From Candidatus Latescibacterota bacterium (GTDB lineage Bacteria; Latescibacterota; UBA2968; GCA-2709665), in assembly GCA_965205485.1 (NCBI GenBank), contig OZ242180.1:2464001-2528000 (forward strand): a stretch of DNA of 64,000 bases, written 5' to 3'. Under the pieces are notes generated by a model. That model did no database searches. It saw only the letters and a program-made list of their open reading frames with translations, and had not been told where the DNA came from. Position numbers and translations under genes: made by a program. Shown piece by piece: positions 58,342 through 64,000 of this stretch; positions within the stretch are counted from its first letter, which is position 1; each line of letters opens with the position of its first letter.

Positions 58342-59565
58342 TTACGAAGTCCATCCTGCAATGAAGTCCGAGGTCGTATAATTCTCCGGCATCTCGTTGA
58401 AGTGGTATTTCATAGGCCCTGACTGGAATCCGGGAACGAAATGCTCGGCCTCCGACCGGAGCATCCTGTCCAGAGGTTCGAACCGGTTCCACAATGTCTC
58501 GGCCTCCGATGCGCTGAATCGTCTAGCGAATTCCGGACCCCAGTTGAGCGTAATCGGATGGGCGCCCCGAAGCCGGCGGGAGAGTTCGTCCGGAACGTCG
58601 GGGTACGGGGCGTTTTTTGCGAGTCGGATCGCCAGGGCCGCTTTGCACATGAAGACGGTGGAGAGCAGCCTTCCCTTTTCGCCTCTGTGGGGATGGAGCC
58701 GGTTCAACGCCTCGATGTACGCCTCCCCGTCGCCTTCGACAACCGCCCTGAGCGCCTCCTCCGAATGCCCCTTCATCTCCCGGCTTCGGTCGTTCCACCG
58801 CCGGAACGCGGCCGCCGCTCCCGCGGAAAGGTGGTCCACGAACGCAAGATCGTCGATCGACGTGTGCGTGGAGAATCCGCCGTGAACGGTCCGTCTCAAC
58901 CTCGGGCTGTAATTGCTGCCCCAGTGGAGTATCGGGAGGATGTAGACAACGCCGTCTCCGCCTTCAAGGTGGGTCCGGACGCCGTTCGGCAATGGCTGGC
59001 ACGGATCGGCCAGCAGGTACTCGTTTTCCTCTTTCGTGTTGAACCGGATATGGCTGCCGGGGATCACCCACAGGACGTTGTCGTCGTAGAGGGGGATGTT
59101 CCACTGAACGTACCGGGGTCCCCCTTCCAGGATGTCGTCGATGTACCCCTTGAGGGGTGCGGTGTCGATCGGGTGGTGGTCGCGATGCCACTTCGCGGGG
59201 CCGTGGTCCCGGACCGGATTGCACATCATCATCATTTCGGTTACAGAAGCGTCTGCAACGCCCAGAAGCTGTGAACTGATGCCGTGAATGTTCGGCTCCA
59301 GCCACACCTCCGCGGCCGGCGCCGTCTCCCGGCTGATTGCGCTGGCCAGCGGCGGCCGGTTGAGCATCAGGCGGGGCTGCGGGCTGGACTCCCACTCGCC
59401 TCCCGGCGGGTCTCCTTCCTTTCGCATGGCCTTCCAGTTTTCGCGCTGCCGGTCCACGAGCGTTTCGTAAGCCCGGCGGACTTCCTCCAGCTTTTCCCGG
59501 GGAATGGCTTCCTTTACGACAAGATAGCCCTCTTCCAGGAATCTTTCGCGATCGACTTCCTGCAT
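58342..59565 (-). CDS. PhyH-family dioxygenase with C-terminal extension
   Basis: FLEEGYLVV, KWHRD, WVIPGSH, LHWG, RRT. Confidence 0.85.
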   Translation of the reverse strand: MQEVDRERFLEEGYLVVKEAIPREKLEEVRRAYETLVDRQRENWKAMRKEGDPPGGEWESSPQPRLMLNRPPLASAISRETAPAAEVWLEPNIHGISSQLLGVADASVTEMMMMCNPVRDHGPAKWHRDHHPIDTAPLKGYIDDILEGGPRYVQWNIPLYDDNVLWVIPGSHIRFNTKEENEYLLADPCQPLPNGVRTHLEGGDGVVYILPILHWGSNYSPRLRRTVHGGFSTHTSIDDLAFVDHLSAGAAAAFRRWNDRSREMKGHSEEALRAVVEGDGEAYIEALNRLHPHRGEKGRLLSTVFMCKAALAIRLAKNAPYPDVPDELSRRLRGAHPITLNWGPEFARRFSASEAETLWNRFEPLDRMLRSEAEHFVPGFQSGPMKYHFNEMPENYTTSDFIAGWTS

Positions 59566-59649
59566 TGTACTTCCTCCAGGTGTGTCTCGGTGTTCTGTCC
59601 CAGAAATAAGTTGCCTTAAATTGTCCGTAGAATCGCCCGGCTGGCACTC

Positions 59650-60086
59650 CTTCGACACAGGCTCAGGGCGACGCCTTCCGCCGGCTCACAAACCAGAGCA
59701 TGAGCCCTGAGCCGCTCCCTGAGCTTGTCGAAGGGTCGGCGAAGGGAAGTGAAGAGCACAGGACGATTAACGAAACGCGGGCATTTCGACAAGCTCAATG
59801 ACCACGCATCGAAAAGCCGCTTCCACAGCCTCACCGCAGGTAGTGCACCGAAGCTGATAATTCGCAATTGCGCAGTCGCACCGATCGACTTTCCCGGGAG
59901 CGAGGGCATCCCTGCCCTCGACGGCGAATAGGATTGGACTTTGCGCGATCATTTCAGGTGTGGTTTCGGATGGGAAGCAGATGGCCCTTGATGTGGAAAT
60001 TCTTCGGTTGCTCGAAGTTCGAGGGCAGGGATGCCCTCGCTCCGGATATCGGTGGATCATGCCGCGAAAGAGGGCTGATTGCCGTC
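59650..60086. repeat. REP/BIME-like mosaic (module B 59691-59846 then module A 59891-60086)
   Basis: Direct homologs of the modules at 52566-52988, in swapped order. Confidence 0.85.
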
Positions 60087-60166
60087 GATCGCACTACGCT
60101 CGTGCCCCGTGTGATCCCACTCCAGGTTCTTAATCCTGTCCATCCATGTAGGTCTGCGTTTATTGG

Positions 60167-61051
60167 TCAAGTCCCGATAAACGTCTCGGGCCACTTCGGC
60201 TCGTAGTTGGACTCGAAGAGCCAGTCGAAGTCCCCCGGAACGATGTGCGCCCGGTCGGGCCGCAGTTTTCGGCGCAGCTTCGGGAAGAAATCCATCAGCG
60301 AGTCGCGCTGGCCGTTCGGGAGTCCGCACGAAACGCCCGCGGCCGCATAGGCCGAGAGCATTGCCTTTCGAGGAACCGTGTCCTCATTCTGCCAGGCCGA
60401 GTGCAGGCCGGAGCTGCAGAGAATCAGCATCTGCCCCCTGCGGGCCACCATGGGTGTCGGTTCCTGCTCCAGCCATGGCGAATCCGTCAGATCGGGGACA
60501 TGCTCCGGATAGGCCGGCGCGCCTTCCTTCGGATCCGGGCGCACGCCGTGAACGCGAGGCAGCATGGCCTTATGCTCCGGCGTCAGAACGCGGTTCCAGT
60601 ATTCCATGATGGGCCGGTGGCTGCCCGGAAGTATGCGCATCGCGCCGCGATGCTCCGGCACATCGTTGAGCCAGAACCAGAGCTCCGCGCGCATCCTTCG
60701 AGGCGTCGCCTGGAAGTCGTCCCACGTGGCCTGGATGTCGGTGTGGCATCCGCCGGCCCACTGGTCTCGCACGCTTCCGAACGGCGCTTTGGCAGGGGAA
60801 CGGCCGTGGGGGGACACGCCCCACCACAGATGTACGGCATCCGCGCGCAATACGTCCATGGCCACTTCTTCAAAATAGGGGTGCTGGAAGACGTCAAGGT
60901 AGTCCGGTTCTTCGTAGAACGGACGGCCGCTCGCCGTCAGCCGGTCCCACGCGGCTTCGGCCCGGTGGAGCTCGGCGGTTGTAAACGGGCTGTCGACAGT
61001 GACGGCGCCCTGTTCCTCGTATTGTCTCATTTCCGATTCTGACAGTGCCAT
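60167..61051 (-). CDS. PhyH-family dioxygenase
   Basis: YEEQG, CHTD, GAMRILPGSH, LHSAW.N, PRK; the ORF-track N-terminal extension is REP sequence. Confidence 0.85.
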   Translation of the reverse strand: MALSESEMRQYEEQGAVTVDSPFTTAELHRAEAAWDRLTASGRPFYEEPDYLDVFQHPYFEEVAMDVLRADAVHLWWGVSPHGRSPAKAPFGSVRDQWAGGCHTDIQATWDDFQATPRRMRAELWFWLNDVPEHRGAMRILPGSHRPIMEYWNRVLTPEHKAMLPRVHGVRPDPKEGAPAYPEHVPDLTDSPWLEQEPTPMVARRGQMLILCSSGLHSAWQNEDTVPRKAMLSAYAAAGVSCGLPNGQRDSLMDFFPKLRRKLRPDRAHIVPGDFDWLFESNYEPKWPETFIGT

Positions 61052-61140
61052 TCTTTTCTCCTTTGCCTTGGGCGATTTCCCGTCACTCAGCCCCAACCTA
61101 AGAGCTGGAAGCAAATGCGGAAGCCCGTTTGACGGTCCAA

Positions 61141-61568
61141 TCACTCCCCCCTTGAGGGGGAGTCGCAGAAGCCGAGCCGGTTCCTGAGCCTTTGATCCCT
61201 GAGCCTGTCGAAGGGTCGAAAGGCCGGCGAAGGCTGATGCGGTGGGGGGTGACGCACCGAACTCCCTTTCCAGCACTCCGGAACCGTTCTCAAACACCTC
61301 ACGATTTGAGGCGCGCAGGACCCGTCAGCGTTGCTCTATCAAGAACGCATCTCGATTCTCAGTGTAACCCTGACGTGCCGCGTGCTGGCTGCCGTATTGC
61401 TTGTTGCGAAGGAAGCGCCAGAGGAGGCTCTCGACGGCGGCCTGGATCTGGCAGAGTGAAGGATCACCTGCCAGGGTTTGACGGGTATAGCGACGCTTGA
61501 TCCCCCCACCGGCGCGCCTGCGGGCTGACGCCCTTGGCTTGCCGACTCCCCCTCAAGGGGGGAGTAAT
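61141..61568. repeat. Inverted pair of CTCCCCC(C)TTGAGGGGGAG-type REP elements
   Basis: 61141-61252 and 61499-61568 are reverse-complement homologs; the first carries a nested CCTGAGCC..TCGAAGG insertion. Confidence 0.8.
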
Positions 61569-61777
61569 GCGCGATGTCCTTCGGGATGTCGCAATTGGTC
61601 GATCGTAGCCTCGAACCCGTCGTTTTCCTCGTCCGGCCAGGTTCCAAACAGCGTCCTTACGTTCGCCATTGGCTGCACGTTTTGGGAACGCGCCAACTCC
61701 TGAATTGTTGGTGATATCCAAAATGACTGCGAAATCGGCGTCTCTCGAGCTGGAATGTCGGGTGTTTTGTTTTGCAT
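61553..61777 (-). CDS. Small hypothetical protein (antitoxin-like), 3' end in REP
   Basis: FW.SPTIQELARSQNVQP....LFGTWP....DGFE..I..LR; lower GC than flanks. Confidence 0.55.
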   Translation of the reverse strand: MQNKTPDIPARETPISQSFWISPTIQELARSQNVQPMANVRTLFGTWPDEENDGFEATIDQLRHPEGHRALLPP

Positions 61778-62483
61778 GTTATCCAACCTCTCAATATCGT
61801 GAATCTTGACTTCCGCAGTCAGCCTTCGATTTCCCTGATGTTTATTTAAATGAACGCCGACCCCTCGCCTGATCACCTGCCGACCGTGAGGCCATTCCAC
61901 CATGCATCAATATTGAATCGCATCACGCAGACGAGTTCTGAGACCGCCGGTATGCCTGGAGTCTGGATTAAAATATACGCAAGCTGGTGAAAAGTCCAAT
62001 TTAACCGGAATTATAGCCGCACTGAGTCTTCGCAATTTGCTTCTTAGCGTCGGTGTTGACAGGTGAATCCCAGCGTCGTGGCGGCGTCCCGTGTACGTCT
62101 CGACCAATTCCGCCAATCCGCGATTAGCCTCGATCAAAAAAAATTAACGCGGCGACGCGATAAAACCTTCCGAAATAGGGCGTTATCGACGTATAGAAGG
62201 ATGTTTTTTCCGTTCACGTCCACTGACCTGGTGTATCCTGGTAATCCGCCGTCTAATCGCCTTTATTTACAAGCATATATTCGAATTAACGTCCCCGAAG
62301 ACTTACGAATCAAGGTTAGAATTCGCCCGTCTCAACGCGATAAACAAACAAGCCCAAGGCCGATTTTCGATTCAGGAACTCACTACACGGATTCTTGTCT
62401 CTATGTGAGACGGAGGCTATATTGAAAACGGGAATGCCGCGGGCAGCGACTCAGACGCCAATGGACACACTTTGGAAGACGCG

Positions 62484-63845
62484 ATGAACAAAAAAAAGAA
62501 GAACACAGATACGAGAAACCGGCTGATAGAACTGGGACCGGAACGCCTCACGGATGTCCTGTTAAATCTTGCAGACCGGCATCGAGATGCGGAAGCGATC
62601 GTCAAGCGGTTGACGGCGACTCCACAAGAGAATACCAAACGCTTTAAAGCAAAGTTGGCCGGGATTAAACGCCGCCGCCGTTTTCTGGGTCGCGGCGCGT
62701 CGGTTGCGTTCGCCGATGAACTCAGAGGTCTGCTCCAGGATCTACGGGCAGGAATCCACGACTATCCAATGGGTGTAAGGCTGGTGGCTGAATTCTACAA
62801 AGCGGATGACGCGATTTTCAGGCAATGTGACGATTCTTACGGCAACATAGGTGACATATTTCGGATTGACGCCAGCAAACTGTTTGTTTCGTTTGCCGCC
62901 AACTGCGACGACAAAGAGGAGATATTAGATCTGGTTCTGGAATTAAACAGGGAGGATGAGTATGGGGTTCGTGATACACTGTTTCAATGCGCGTCGGAAT
63001 ATTTGTCCGAAAAGGAAATGCGCAGTATGGTAGACCGTCTGTGGGATCTGTCTGGAAAGGAGACTGACGAAGACAGAACCCTGCACTGGATTTCAGGCGT
63101 TGAAAGCCTTGCGCGTCAGATGAAAGATGCACCACTCTACGAGAAAGCCCGATTGGCTCTTTGGCCCGAACTTTCCGCGGCCGCCTGTATTGACATTGCC
63201 CGGATCTATCTGGAAACAGGAGACGCGCAAACGGCACTGACATGGCTTCGCAGGATTCCGAATAGAGACCATTTCAAAGTTCACGAACAAGATGACCTGT
63301 TGTTGACCGTCTACAAGACAATCGGCGATCAGGAGAAAACGGAGAGCGTCGCCTGGCGCATATTCCGTCGTGATCGCACCGAACATACCCTCGCATGTCT
63401 TCTGGATGCAGTCGGTGAAGACCTGCGCGATCAGGTGATCGAGGGTGAGATTCAAGCCATCCTTGAATCCGACCAACTTTCCTACTCTGACGCGACGTTT
63501 TTGATTGAAATCAATCATCTTGACGAGGCTGAATCCTACTTGCTGGATAGATGGGAACTGCTCGATGGCGATTACTACACAGGCCTTCTGCCTCTGGCGG
63601 ATCACATGGAAGCGAGCAGGAGATGGGTCACGGCAAGTGTTCTCTACCGCGCACTCCTGGATTCTATCCTTAGACGGGGTAAGTCCAAATACTACACTCA
63701 CGGTGTGCGTTATCTAAAGAAGCTGGATACACTCGATCTCCGGATCCATGACTGGAGGAATATCTCGCCTCATCTTGAGTACACGCAGGTACTGCGAAAG
63801 AACCACGGTCGAAAGACAAGCTTCTGGTCAAGGTACGAAAAATGA
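62484..63845 (+). CDS. DUF6880-like helical-repeat protein
   Basis: LIELGPERL, CDDSYG.IGD.F, D.YGVRD, KYY.HGV.YLKKL, H..Y...LR..HGRK.SFW; lower GC than flanks. Confidence 0.72.
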   Translation: MNKKKKNTDTRNRLIELGPERLTDVLLNLADRHRDAEAIVKRLTATPQENTKRFKAKLAGIKRRRRFLGRGASVAFADELRGLLQDLRAGIHDYPMGVRLVAEFYKADDAIFRQCDDSYGNIGDIFRIDASKLFVSFAANCDDKEEILDLVLELNREDEYGVRDTLFQCASEYLSEKEMRSMVDRLWDLSGKETDEDRTLHWISGVESLARQMKDAPLYEKARLALWPELSAAACIDIARIYLETGDAQTALTWLRRIPNRDHFKVHEQDDLLLTVYKTIGDQEKTESVAWRIFRRDRTEHTLACLLDAVGEDLRDQVIEGEIQAILESDQLSYSDATFLIEINHLDEAESYLLDRWELLDGDYYTGLLPLADHMEASRRWVTASVLYRALLDSILRRGKSKYYTHGVRYLKKLDTLDLRIHDWRNISPHLEYTQVLRKNHGRKTSFWSRYEK

Positions 63846-63899
63846 GATCGTCCCGCATCGGACGCCACTTTGTTGCCGACAATGCGTTTCCAATAGCCG

Positions 63900-64000
63900 T
63901 TACGCAGGCGTTTCAATACCTGGTCGATCCGCCCTCCGCCGGGCCTTTTTTCGCTCCCGTTTGATATCGTCCAGGGCCGCCATGAAGCACGGGATGACAA
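63900..64000 (-). CDS. C-terminal fragment of a gene entering the window (possibly RND/membrane transporter tail)
   Basis: Open frame VIPCFMAALDDIKRERKKARRRADRPGIETPA* resembles a last TM helix plus basic tail. Confidence 0.3.
   Translation of the reverse strand, partial: VIPCFMAALDDIKRERKKARRRADRPGIETPA

Noticed and set aside
52566..60086. Repeats as a CRISPR array
   Set aside because: Not regularly spaced repeat-spacer units, and no cas genes
61052..61297. N-terminal extension of PhyH (376-aa ORF) and other ORFs over 52441-53032 and 59616-60206
   Set aside because: Translations of REP sequence (e.g. LRLPLKGGV, STLRQAQG), not protein domains

Overview
GC-rich bacterial chromosomal segment with about 52 genes and 2 tRNAs. 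The gene mix (three PhyH dioxygenases, a heparinase-like protein, DUF362, TIM-barrel epimerases, dense REP/MITE mosaics) resembles uncultured Latescibacterota/Gemmatimonadota-like or sponge-symbiont genomes; this is inference only. In order the window holds: an arginine operon (argR-C-B-D-G-H) with ARG boxes, followed by an unlisted, translationally coupled ORF; an FAD oxidase and an S9 peptidase; a glycan/sugar-processing cluster; a divergent ceramidase-like (frameshifted)/BHMT-like/C45 operon; a PIN/UPF0175 pair; tRNA-Met; an nfeD-nfeD'-floA operon; a small-ORF/retropepsin pair; tRNA-Leu; an AAA-DUF4143 gene; an ABC-2 exporter operon; a B12-binding/MeaB pair; fcl/ColD-like/GT2 genes; LysR, fumC and an E. 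coli-type frdABCD; an M16 peptidase; and DUF6880. There is no CRISPR array, rRNA, integrase or intact transposase. The best candidates for something undescribed are: (1) an ECF-sigma-type promoter plus terminator defining a ~70-nt sRNA whose 5' region is complementary to the RBS/start codon of the adjacent ABC permease; (2) a secreted double pseudo-protease (dead trypsin domain plus dead metzincin domain); (3) a degenerate primase-like ORF coupled to argH; (4) a ColD/ColC-like 3,6-dideoxysugar module; (5) REP elements nested inside one another. All family assignments come from motif recognition by eye, not database searches.
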